From positions 45,344 to 109,343 of the forward strand of contig JAZJZE010000006.1 in assembly GCA_040390065.1 (NCBI GenBank): a stretch of 64,000 nt of DNA, read 5' to 3'. The notes beneath the pieces are model-generated. The model was not told the DNA's origin. It saw nothing but the letters and a program-made list of their open reading frames with translations, and searched no databases. Positions 9,579 to 19,032 of this stretch are shown piece by piece. The DNA comes from a bacterium. Its GTDB lineage: Archaea > Thermoplasmatota > E2 > JACPAO01 > JAHFTW01. Every line of letters begins with the position of its first letter. The first letter of the stretch is position 1. The position numbers and the translations under genes are program-made.

Positions 9579-12500
9579 ATGGCATCGAAGTCGAGCCGAA
9601 TGGGTCAGCTGCTGGGTCCCCTGGTGCTGGCGTTCCTGATGGTCTTCACGGTCCTTGCGACGGTGACACCGCAAGCACAGGCTGCCGTGACGAGCCGACC
9701 GGAAGGCAAGGTCCTGATCACCACGGAGCCCGACTTCAACCTCCCCAACTACGACCAGATGGGGCCCACCGGGTCGATCTTCTACCCGTGGCAGGCGCAG
9801 CCGCCCGGACCGACGACGCAGCCGCCGCAGGTCGTCAACAACCCCTTGGCGACGTATCCGAAGAACCCGGCGACCGTGTACGTCAACACGAAGCACCAGG
9901 ACCCGGACGGCAAGTGTCCGGGCTGCTTCCAGCGCACGGTGCGCGTCGCCTTCAACGACATGGCCGTGACCCGCATCGACTTCGTCGCCCCGACCCGCGA
10001 CGCCTTCTCGACGCCGGTCTGCAGCAACACCCCGGTGGATGCCTGGGCCGCCGCGATGGACCCGTGCAAGGACCACGGCATGCTGCGCTGGCGCCCCGAG
10101 TATTCCTACGCCACCCGGCCTGGCTGGGCCGTGAGCGTCAACGCGGAGAACGCGAAGAAGAGCCAATGCGACGACCCGATCAAGTGCGCCATGGGCGACG
10201 ACACGCCGCCGGCGCGCATCATGAGCTTCACGTCCGACGTGCCGAACCCGGTGCCCAGCCTGCTCTTGGGAACGACGCCGGGCGACGCTCGCCTCGCCAA
10301 CGCCCTCGATATCGTGCTTGCCTTCTCCATCGATGGCACGCCTTCTGGCGACGACGGCATGCAGACGTTCCCGCAGACGCCCGCCGACGAATTCCACGTC
10401 CAGATCAACGTGACACCGTCGGGAAACCCCAACATCCCGTTCGAGACGACCTGCCCTGCATGGAACTCGGCCACCGGCGTCAACGGCAACCCGCAAAGCC
10501 CCTTCACCTGCGTCTACACCAACCCGCCGTTCAAGGGACCTGCGCCCGTCAACTTCCCGGCTGAGTTCATCGCCGACCCGCGCTTCTCGTCCGTCGACTG
10601 CGGTGTCCCGGGCGGCTTGTGCACCGGCACTCCTGGCCTCGTGATCCGCGTCGACAACACGCCGCCGGAAGTCCACGAGACGTCCAACGGCGACGCCCGC
10701 GTGGCTGCCGGAAACGGCGGTCCCATCCCGTGTGTCTGCAGTTTCTTCTCGCAGGACGTCGACCACAACGGCCACATCGACCGCTTCATCGTCTCGTTCA
10801 CCGAGCCGCTGAACCCGAACACCTTCGACTTCCGCCAGTTCAGCATCCAGACGAAGGGCCGCGACCGCCCCTACACGATCACGAACGCCTTCTTCGAGCA
10901 GCAGAGGGCCGGCCCCGGCCCCGAGGAAGGCCTGTGCTTGCAAGGGCTCACGACCCCGCCCGCGCAGACGCCGCCTCTCACGCCGATTCGCATCACGTAC
11001 CCTGGCTCGACGTGCCGCGTCGACTTCCTCGTGGCGGAGATGCCCTTCATGGACTCCGGCGACACGCCGAACCTGAAGTATCCCTGTGACCTCTGCCCCG
11101 CGACGGCCACGGACCGCGCCGGCAACCCGCTCAAGAAGATGACTGGCACGACCATCCTCGCCGTCGACCGCGCCCCACCGATCCTCTACTCGACGTACGC
11201 ACTCGACGCCGCCCACAACGGTGGCGTCCCCTACGCGCAGACGGAACTGCAGGTCTTCTTCTCCGAGAACGTCATGGGCTCTGGCTGCAACGACCCGCAG
11301 GCCGGCCCGCCCGCAACCTGCGGCACGCGCCCCGTCCAGTTCAACGACTTGTGCTACATGGACAATGTCTCGCCCGGCGGTGCCGGCGACGTGATCGGCA
11401 AGCCGACGCCAGACCTGCCCTCGGGTGGCCGCGTCATCACGAGCATCACGACGACCATCAATCCGTCCGACACGCTGAACTTCGCGACGGGCCCCGTCAT
11501 CACGGCCGGCCAGATCTACTACATCGGCACCGTAACATCGGGAACGACGACCGGCGGCGGCGCCACCAGGCTCATCGACACGAGCAAGAACTTCGCAGCC
11601 ATCGGCGTCACGGTCGGCATGATCATCGACTTCAGCGGCGGATGCTCGGCGCCCATCGGCGCATGCACCGGCTGCTTCTCCCTCGATACGCCGTATGACA
11701 CGACATCGGCCGTCTGCCAGCCCGCACCCAAGTGCCGCTACTTCGACCTCGTCGACCACACGCCGGCACCGGGTGCCAGCTCCGTCGGCACGGCTGGCGA
11801 CGGCTGGAAGATGCGCGTGCTGACGATGCTCAACCCGACGGACACCAACAACCGACTCATGTACGGTTCGGCCGACGTGCATCCGTTCAACGGCGACATG
11901 ATCACGGTCAACGTCGCGCCGCACGGACTGACGCGCGGCTGCTTCGCCGTCATGCTGGAGCAAGGCATCCTCGGCACCGACCCGTGCAACGCCGACGTCC
12001 GCGACCTGCACGACAACGGCGCCTGGTACCCGACCGGCCTGCCGCGCGTGGCCTACCCGCGCCCGCCCGCCTTGGCGCATGTGACGTTCCCGATGGTCAA
12101 GTCGGCGACCGTCGATTCAAGCAACCCCAGTTGCCCGCAGTCCACGCCCGGCAAGGGCGTCGGTCCCGGTGACCTCACGGACACGGTTGCCTGCCACTAC
12201 TGGCTGAAGCTGCAGTTCAATGGCCCGGTGCGCGGCCCCAACGGCCCCGCCTCGTGCGACACGACGACCGGCAGCGGCAAGACGGCGAAGCCGTTCTTCG
12301 CCTGCAACCTCGACATCAAGGCCGCCACCGGCAAGGAGCTCGGCCAAGGCCCGCAGGGCTTCTTCGGCCCGGCGCCGCCGTCCACGACCGGCTCAAGCAG
12401 CACGGCCACGCAGGCGCCCTACTACCTGATGGGCGACAACGACCAGGCAGTCCTGCAGATGGACTACGCCGCCCGACCCATCGACGTCTCCCTGAGCGGA

Positions 12501-15500
12501 GCGCGCGTCAAGCTCGTCTGCAACACCATCTTCGCAACCCCGGGCTGGGTCAGCAAGTACAGCCTCGACCCGAGCACGACCGGCGTCAACCCGCTGGTCG
12601 GCGCCATCCCCTGCGACGACCCCGACCAGTACTACGGTCCGCAGGAAGACTTTGGCGGCGTCGTGCAGCGCCCCGACATCGACATCGTCGACCTGACGCC
12701 GCCTCGCATCCTCGAGGCCCGCACCGTCGATGCCGACCACAACGGCTACCTCGACGGCGTGCAGCTGACCTTCAGCGAGCCCATCGACGACGGCAGCTAC
12801 TGCGGCAACGACCCGTCCGCGCAGGCCGCGCCCAACTTCTGCCCTGACACCGAATCCGGCGCCGGCACGGGCTACATCACGTTCTCGCGTTGGACTTCGC
12901 AGGAGATGATCCGCGCCATGACGGACGTGCACGAGGAAGAGTGCTTCGCCTCGTCCGGTACACTGGACGGCACCGACACGGGCACGCCCTACACGGACGG
13001 CTTCAAGTGGGACACGGGCACGCTGTCCAACGACAACGTCGGCACCATCCTGCACGTGCGCACACTGACGCAGCAGGACGGCTCTTACATCACGCGTCCG
13101 CAGGACTGCAACGAATACTTCCGTGGCGTCCGCATGGATGGCCTGCCAAACCCGCCTGCCCCCAACGGCGACGGCGCGACGCGGCCCCTGCAGCGCTGGC
13201 CGACGGATTCGCTCCTGCACATCACTTCCCCGGTGCCCGGCCTCTTCTCGGATCTGGCGACCCATCCGTTCCACGACAACTCGGACATCTTCAGCCCGCC
13301 CAACTCGCCGCCGGTTGCCAACCCCAACCAGTTGCCGCGCATCTGCCAGTTCGAGTCGCGCGCCATGACGGGCCAGGCGGGCACCTACAACCAGGTGCAG
13401 AGCCACCCGAGTGCGGCGTGCGACACGACGCAGATCACGGTGGATTCCGTGCGTGTGACGGACGGCGCGCCGCCCGTGCTCTGGAAGGCGCAGACGTACG
13501 ACACGCCTGTCCTCGATGTCAACGGCATCCCCGACACCAAGAACTTCTGGAACAACCTGTTCGGCGACGGCACCATCGACGGCTACCGCCTGACCTTCAG
13601 CGAACGGGTCAACGACGGAAGCTTTGTCGCCGCCGACTGGCACGTGGCGGGCCACGACACGCTGGAGTTCACCAACCCGACGGGCTGCAGCAAGCCGGGC
13701 AAGACGACGTATGTCAACCACGAGGTCACGATCGACACCGTCATCCCGGGCAAGGCCCTCATGCGGACGCGGGACACGACGCTGAACCCGTTCGACCCGC
13801 TGCAGAACGACCAGATCTCGCAGGGCCAGAGCGACGACCAGTTCATCCTGCTGTTCACGCCGGCGAAGACCATCTTCACCAAGCCGGACGGCTGCAAGGA
13901 GTTGCACGCCGCGTACGACACGGAGACGAAGCCTGAACTGACGGCGTCCGGCCCCAACGGCCACTTGCACATGGCGGACCGCGCCGGCCTCCTGAAGCCG
14001 AACCCGATCTGCCCCAGCAACACCGCCAACTGCTGCCCAGGCGGGCCGTCCATCAACAACTGCATGGTCGACTTCGACACCTTCGCCGTGCAGGAAGAGG
14101 ACCGCGCCGGTCCACAGATCGTGCGCATCGAGGGCTTCGCCGGAACGAACCACATCGACGTGCGCTTCAGCGAACCCGTCGACGACGGCAGCCACAGTGG
14201 CCTGGTGCGCGACGACTTCCAGTACTTCGACAAGAACGCCAAGGACGTGGCGGGCTTCTCCAGCACGGAGCCCGTGGAGTCCACGGCCGGTGGCCGCAAC
14301 TCCACCATCCACCTCGGCCAGCTTCTGACGGTCTCCGACCAGACGTCGGACAAGATCGCCGCCAGGACCTGTCGCATCTACGAGGTCGCTCCGTCGGTCA
14401 GCCCGTCGCAGCGCCAATGCGTGCCGAGTTACCCGCGCTCGCTCGTGCCCGAGAACGACACCGCCGCGCCCGGCGCCCTGTCCGACTTCCGCATCGTGGC
14501 CGAGCTCACGAACGCCAACAGCCTGACAGCGAGCTGGACCGCGCCTGCCGACGACGGCACGGCCGGCAAGCCAGTGTCGGGCTACACGTGCCTCGTCGGT
14601 ACGCGCACGATCCTCGGCAACGAGACGAACGACAACCGCATCAGCTTCTCGTACGACCCGCCGGTGTCGTCGCTTGCCGGACCGGGCCTCACGCAGACCG
14701 TCCGCATCGCAGGCCTCGACTCGGAAGCCAAGTACTACATCGCCTGCTACGCCAAGGACGATCTCGGCAACCTGTCGCCGCTGTCCGAGGTGGCGTCCGG
14801 GACGACGACGCGCGATGTCACGCCGCCGACCGGCACCATCACCATCAAGTCGCCGTCGCACCCCGCCGGCGTCCCGACGGCTGGCAACACCATCTCGTTC
14901 ACCTGGAACGCCATCACGAAGGCGCAGGAGCCCGAGTCGACCGTGGTGTACCACTACGCGCTCAACACGAACCCGAACTACGTGGTTCTCGCCACCGACG
15001 GTGCAACCCAGGACACGAAGGTGACGCAACTCGCTCCGGGCGACGGCACGTACTACTTCCACGTCGCGGCCATGAGTGGCGGCGGCTCGACGCTCACGGC
15101 CCACTACCAGGTCGTGGTCGGCTTGCCCCCGCTGACGGTCGCCTCGATCGAGTCGGCCAACGACCTCGTCAAGACCGAGCCGTTCCGCCAGGAGCAGGAG
15201 TTGAACGGCCAGACGGTCGTCCTCAACAACGTCACCTGGACGCTGCCGCCGGACACGACCCCTCCCGGCTTGGACATCAGCGGCGTCGAGATCTGGCGCG
15301 AGGACCACGGCATCTTCACGAAACTGAACCTCGCCGACACGGACCCGAAGATCTGCTCGCACCCGCTGTCGGGCTCGTACGACGACCTGAAGAGCGGTCA
15401 CTGCTGGGACACGAGCCTAGGCGCCACCGCCGACTCGAAGTACAAGGTCACGATGGTCTTCGCGACCCCCCCGCACACGCAGGGCGAACCCGTGAAGGGC

Positions 15501-15818
15501 TACGCCGGCCTCGTGGACCAGACACCGGGAGTCGTCCCGCCGTGGATCTGGATTCTGGCCGGCATCGCGCTGGCGCTCATCCTGTCGGGTCTCGTGATCT
15601 TCGTGATCCTGAAGCGCCGCTCCAAGCTCGAAGCCACCGGCGGCACCGCCTACAGCTGGGAGTCGGCCAACCCCGAACTCCTCGGCATCGACGAGGCCAC
15701 CGGCCTGCCCGTGCACGAAGTGCGCTGCCCGTCCTGCAACAACCCGTTCCAGGCCGTCGGCGCTCTCCCCTTGCCGGTCACGTGCCCGACTTGCGGCACG
15801 ACCGGGGAACTCGAATAG
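9579..15818 (+). CDS. Giant Cys-rich surface protein, colinear paralog of 4058-9253
   Basis: ATG 9579 follows gagg; signal peptide ending AQA-A; same module order as gene 2 and shared YHYALNT and YFHVAA.SGGGST.TAHY motifs; TM helix; tail CPSC-x15-CPTCG. Confidence 0.88.
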   Translation: MASKSSRMGQLLGPLVLAFLMVFTVLATVTPQAQAAVTSRPEGKVLITTEPDFNLPNYDQMGPTGSIFYPWQAQPPGPTTQPPQVVNNPLATYPKNPATVYVNTKHQDPDGKCPGCFQRTVRVAFNDMAVTRIDFVAPTRDAFSTPVCSNTPVDAWAAAMDPCKDHGMLRWRPEYSYATRPGWAVSVNAENAKKSQCDDPIKCAMGDDTPPARIMSFTSDVPNPVPSLLLGTTPGDARLANALDIVLAFSIDGTPSGDDGMQTFPQTPADEFHVQINVTPSGNPNIPFETTCPAWNSATGVNGNPQSPFTCVYTNPPFKGPAPVNFPAEFIADPRFSSVDCGVPGGLCTGTPGLVIRVDNTPPEVHETSNGDARVAAGNGGPIPCVCSFFSQDVDHNGHIDRFIVSFTEPLNPNTFDFRQFSIQTKGRDRPYTITNAFFEQQRAGPGPEEGLCLQGLTTPPAQTPPLTPIRITYPGSTCRVDFLVAEMPFMDSGDTPNLKYPCDLCPATATDRAGNPLKKMTGTTILAVDRAPPILYSTYALDAAHNGGVPYAQTELQVFFSENVMGSGCNDPQAGPPATCGTRPVQFNDLCYMDNVSPGGAGDVIGKPTPDLPSGGRVITSITTTINPSDTLNFATGPVITAGQIYYIGTVTSGTTTGGGATRLIDTSKNFAAIGVTVGMIIDFSGGCSAPIGACTGCFSLDTPYDTTSAVCQPAPKCRYFDLVDHTPAPGASSVGTAGDGWKMRVLTMLNPTDTNNRLMYGSADVHPFNGDMITVNVAPHGLTRGCFAVMLEQGILGTDPCNADVRDLHDNGAWYPTGLPRVAYPRPPALAHVTFPMVKSATVDSSNPSCPQSTPGKGVGPGDLTDTVACHYWLKLQFNGPVRGPNGPASCDTTTGSGKTAKPFFACNLDIKAATGKELGQGPQGFFGPAPPSTTGSSSTATQAPYYLMGDNDQAVLQMDYAARPIDVSLSGARVKLVCNTIFATPGWVSKYSLDPSTTGVNPLVGAIPCDDPDQYYGPQEDFGGVVQRPDIDIVDLTPPRILEARTVDADHNGYLDGVQLTFSEPIDDGSYCGNDPSAQAAPNFCPDTESGAGTGYITFSRWTSQEMIRAMTDVHEEECFASSGTLDGTDTGTPYTDGFKWDTGTLSNDNVGTILHVRTLTQQDGSYITRPQDCNEYFRGVRMDGLPNPPAPNGDGATRPLQRWPTDSLLHITSPVPGLFSDLATHPFHDNSDIFSPPNSPPVANPNQLPRICQFESRAMTGQAGTYNQVQSHPSAACDTTQITVDSVRVTDGAPPVLWKAQTYDTPVLDVNGIPDTKNFWNNLFGDGTIDGYRLTFSERVNDGSFVAADWHVAGHDTLEFTNPTGCSKPGKTTYVNHEVTIDTVIPGKALMRTRDTTLNPFDPLQNDQISQGQSDDQFILLFTPAKTIFTKPDGCKELHAAYDTETKPELTASGPNGHLHMADRAGLLKPNPICPSNTANCCPGGPSINNCMVDFDTFAVQEEDRAGPQIVRIEGFAGTNHIDVRFSEPVDDGSHSGLVRDDFQYFDKNAKDVAGFSSTEPVESTAGGRNSTIHLGQLLTVSDQTSDKIAARTCRIYEVAPSVSPSQRQCVPSYPRSLVPENDTAAPGALSDFRIVAELTNANSLTASWTAPADDGTAGKPVSGYTCLVGTRTILGNETNDNRISFSYDPPVSSLAGPGLTQTVRIAGLDSEAKYYIACYAKDDLGNLSPLSEVASGTTTRDVTPPTGTITIKSPSHPAGVPTAGNTISFTWNAITKAQEPESTVVYHYALNTNPNYVVLATDGATQDTKVTQLAPGDGTYYFHVAAMSGGGSTLTAHYQVVVGLPPLTVASIESANDLVKTEPFRQEQELNGQTVVLNNVTWTLPPDTTPPGLDISGVEIWREDHGIFTKLNLADTDPKICSHPLSGSYDDLKSGHCWDTSLGATADSKYKVTMVFATPPHTQGEPVKGYAGLVDQTPGVVPPWIWILAGIALALILSGLVIFVILKRRSKLEATGGTAYSWESANPELLGIDEATGLPVHEVRCPSCNNPFQAVGALPLPVTCPTCGTTGELE

Positions 15819-15883
15819 CCCAGAACGGGTTCGTGCGGCGGTCGCGCTCGGCCGCGCGCCCGCCGACGGAACCCATTCTGGGC
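15818..15883 (+). terminator. Long imperfect hairpin after gene 3
   Basis: gcccagaacgggttc...gaacccattctgggc inverted repeat starting at the stop codon. Confidence 0.5.
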
Positions 15884-16179
15884 GATGCCAAGCCAGGGCA
15901 CTAGGGGGCGCCGTTCGTGTCATGCTCCACTTGGGCCATAGGGTGGTGTCAGCCCCTAAGACCCCCCAGCGGACGGCGCAGCGTCGCCCGGCGCCGCTGC
16001 GCCGGCCATCGCACCGGGCCCTCCCGGGCCACCTCCCCCACCATTCGGTAGGCACGCCAGCGCGTCGCAGCGCCTCGCGGGCCGCGATGCCCCCGTCGCA
16101 CGAAGCGGTCCTTTCCACCTAAATAGCGAAAAACCCCTGTGCCGACCATGGGGCCGCCATGCGTTGGGGAGGATTCCGC

Positions 16180-17556
16180 ATGAGGCACGGCCGCGGCGCG
16201 GCATCGACCCTGGCCCGTGGCTGGCTGCGCGACGGTCGCCGCTGGTCCCTCGGCTCCTCCCTCGTCCTGGCTGGCACTCTCATCGCCATGGTCGGGACGG
16301 CCGGCATCCTGGATGGAACGCGCGACGTCACCCTGGACCGAGTGTCCGATTTCTACACGGGCGACCTTCGCATCACACCCGTCAGCCAAGGTGCCATGCC
16401 GGCTGGGTGGTTCGCCCTCAATGCATCGGCTGCCGGCCCCGGCGCGGCCAAGGAATTGCAGGCGAGCGGTCTCACCGTCTCGACGCGCGTCGAAGCGCAG
16501 TTCGTCATGAGTCGGCAAGGCCTCATCGCGAGCGCCATCGACCAGTTCCTGCAAAATGGCCAGATTCCCGTGGAAACCCCCGGCAGCGGGGGCACGGATG
16601 CAAACAAGGCGCTGGTCGTGGGAGGTCTCGTCGGCATCGAGGCCGGCGACCACGCCTCGACCCGCATCGCGGAGCACCTCATCGACGGGCGCCTGCCGCG
16701 GCCGACGACGGACGGCACCGTCGAGGTCGCCATGTCGGTGCGCCGCCTCGAGGGCCTCCTGACGCCCGACGAACGCGCCCGCCTGCCCAGCCCACCGCCT
16801 CTGTCGGCCCTGTGCCACCGGGACGCCGTGACCAAGTCCACGCCATGCGACATCACGGCCGGCAAGACGCGCACGGGATCCTACTACGAGCCCTTCGTCG
16901 ACCGGCCCGTCGACATCGTCGGCCTCTTCGAAACGGGCATCGACGTCCTCGACATGACGACGCTCGTCGCGGCCGCGCCGCAAGTGCGCGAGCTTCTGGG
17001 ACGGGGTGCTGATGAACCGATCGCCAACGCCTTGCTGGTCCAATCTGGCAGCCCAGCGGCGGCGCAAGCCATCGCCGACAAGCACCACTGGGCCACCGAG
17101 GGCACCGAGCACTTTGCCGGCAGTTACGTGGGCCAGCTGCTTGCCGTCCTCTCCGCCGTCGTCTTCCTCGTCGGCGCGCTCCTGTTCTTCCTGCCGACCT
17201 TCCTCGTCAGCCACGGCATCTCGCGGCAGTTGGCCATGCAGCAACGTGAACTTGCCGTGTGCACGGCCATCGGCGTGCCGACGTCCACGCTGCGCAAGGC
17301 GCTCGCCTTCCAGGTCCTGCTGATTGCCGCCGTGGGCGCCGGCGTGGCGCTTGTCGTCTCCCTTGCGGCCGCGGCCATCCTCCCTGGCGTCCTCGCCCAA
17401 GTCAAGGGGACGCCGTTGCCAGCAGGCTTCACCATCACGTGGACGACTGCAGTGCTGGCCGTCCTTGTCACGGTCGTCGCGATGGCCGTCGGTTGGGGAC
17501 TTGGACTGCGGGCGCGCAGCCGCCTCCCGCTCACGGCGCAGTTGCGCTCCGCGTAG
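16180..17556 (+). CDS. FtsX/LolE/MacB-like ABC transporter permease
   Basis: One N-terminal TM, large extracellular domain and three C-terminal TMs; QRELAVCTAIG matches the RxREiGxxxAiG motif; ggagga before the ATG. Confidence 0.8.
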   Translation: MRHGRGAASTLARGWLRDGRRWSLGSSLVLAGTLIAMVGTAGILDGTRDVTLDRVSDFYTGDLRITPVSQGAMPAGWFALNASAAGPGAAKELQASGLTVSTRVEAQFVMSRQGLIASAIDQFLQNGQIPVETPGSGGTDANKALVVGGLVGIEAGDHASTRIAEHLIDGRLPRPTTDGTVEVAMSVRRLEGLLTPDERARLPSPPPLSALCHRDAVTKSTPCDITAGKTRTGSYYEPFVDRPVDIVGLFETGIDVLDMTTLVAAAPQVRELLGRGADEPIANALLVQSGSPAAAQAIADKHHWATEGTEHFAGSYVGQLLAVLSAVVFLVGALLFFLPTFLVSHGISRQLAMQQRELAVCTAIGVPTSTLRKALAFQVLLIAAVGAGVALVVSLAAAAILPGVLAQVKGTPLPAGFTITWTTAVLAVLVTVVAMAVGWGLGLRARSRLPLTAQLRSA

Positions 17557-17582
17557 TGTTGCTGCGTCGGAAAGGCCCCGCT

Positions 17583-17745
17583 CATCCACAGATTCCGCTG
17601 AGACATCTGGCATGGTGCTGGTGAGCTCTTGCACGTCTTGCACGCACTCCGACGAGGGGCAGAACACGCAGATTGTGTCAAACCGGCATGGTCAATCTGC
17701 GGGTATCCAGATGGATGACGAACTGGAAGGCATCTGCGAAATGCC
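17583..17745 (+). repeat. Dispersed non-coding repeat, copy C
   Basis: Contains the 33-nt core and a 23-nt exact match (17625-17647) to the reverse complement of 44778-44800. Confidence 0.8.
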
Positions 17746-17789
17746 GGGGCAAAGCCCTGAAAACCCCCCGCCTCGTCGCTACGGCGTCC

Positions 17790-18932
17790 ATGGAGTTCAA
17801 GCCGACCTCGGAGCAGGAGCTCATCCGGCAGACCGTGCGGGATTTCGCCGAGAACGAGGTCAAGCCCATCGCGGCGAAGATGGACGAGGACGACTGGTGG
17901 CCGGCCGAGCTTGTCCCGCGCATGGCCGAGCTTGGGCTGATGGGCATGACGGTCGCCGAGAAGGACGGCGGGTCCGGTCTCGACACGGTCTCCTACAACA
18001 TCGCCATCGAGGAGGTCGCGCGCGTCTCCGGTTCGCTGGCCTTGTCGCTTGCAGCCCACAACGGCCTCGGCATCAGCCAACTGTACAGGTTCGGCGGAGC
18101 GGAGCTCGTGTCAAAGTACATCCCGGACCTTGCCGCCGGCCGCAAGATCGGCGCCTGGGCCTTGACGGAACCGGGCTCCGGCTCCGACGCCGCCGGCCTC
18201 GCCACGACCGCCGTGCGCGAGGGCGACGGCTGGACCCTGTCGGGGCAGAAGCAGTTCATCACCAACGGGCACGTCGCCTCCGTCTTCACGCTCATGGCCC
18301 GCAACGACCCGGCCAAAGGGTCGCAAGGCATCTCGGCCTTCGTCGCGCCCGCAGGCGCAAAGGGCCTGCGACTCGGCAAGAAGGAGGACAAGCTCGGCAT
18401 GCGGGGCAGCATCACGAGCCAGATCTATCTCGAGGACCTGTGGATCCCCGACGACCACGTCGTCGGCGAGGTCGGCCAAGGCTTCGTCGGCGCCATGCAG
18501 ACGCTCGATGCCGGCCGCATCGCAATCGGCAGCCTCGCCCTCGGCCTCGCCCAGGGCGCCTTCGACGCGAGCCTCGCGTACAGCCAGGAGCGCAAGCAAT
18601 TCGGCAAGCCCATCTCGGCGAACCAGGCCATCCAATGGAAGTTGGCCGACATGGCCACACAGATCGACGCCGCCCGCCTCTTGCTGCAACGCGCCGCCAC
18701 CCGCAAGGACCAGGGACTCCCGTACACGCGCGAAGCCTCGATGGGCAAACTCTACGCCAGCGAGGTCGCCATGTGGGTCACGACCCAGGCCATCCAAGTG
18801 CACGGCGGCAATGGCTACACACGGGACTATCCGGTCGAGCGCATGTTCCGCGACGCGAAACTGTGTGAGATCGGCGAAGGTTCGTCCGAAGTGCAGCGCA
18901 TGATCATCGCCAAATCCATCGGGCTGCGGTAG
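17790..18932 (+). CDS. Acyl-CoA dehydrogenase
   Basis: [37 protein letters not shown] and [10 protein letters not shown] motifs. Confidence 0.95.
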   Translation: MEFKPTSEQELIRQTVRDFAENEVKPIAAKMDEDDWWPAELVPRMAELGLMGMTVAEKDGGSGLDTVSYNIAIEEVARVSGSLALSLAAHNGLGISQLYRFGGAELVSKYIPDLAAGRKIGAWALTEPGSGSDAAGLATTAVREGDGWTLSGQKQFITNGHVASVFTLMARNDPAKGSQGISAFVAPAGAKGLRLGKKEDKLGMRGSITSQIYLEDLWIPDDHVVGEVGQGFVGAMQTLDAGRIAIGSLALGLAQGAFDASLAYSQERKQFGKPISANQAIQWKLADMATQIDAARLLLQRAATRKDQGLPYTREASMGKLYASEVAMWVTTQAIQVHGGNGYTRDYPVERMFRDAKLCEIGEGSSEVQRMIIAKSIGLR

Positions 18933-19032
18933 CAAACCCGGATTCGACCGCGCCGAGCGCAGCGCGGGAACGCGCCGGCTGAACCTGCTCGGCCGGGGCG
19001 CCATCGCGATACAGATCGGCTTGACGGGCTAG

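Noticed and set aside
2675-15401. Very long antisense and alternate-frame ORFs (e.g. 5141-8980, 9561-12080, 12393-15401)
   Set aside because: Shadow ORFs of high-GC3 genes; Arg/Val/Gly-rich with no motifs
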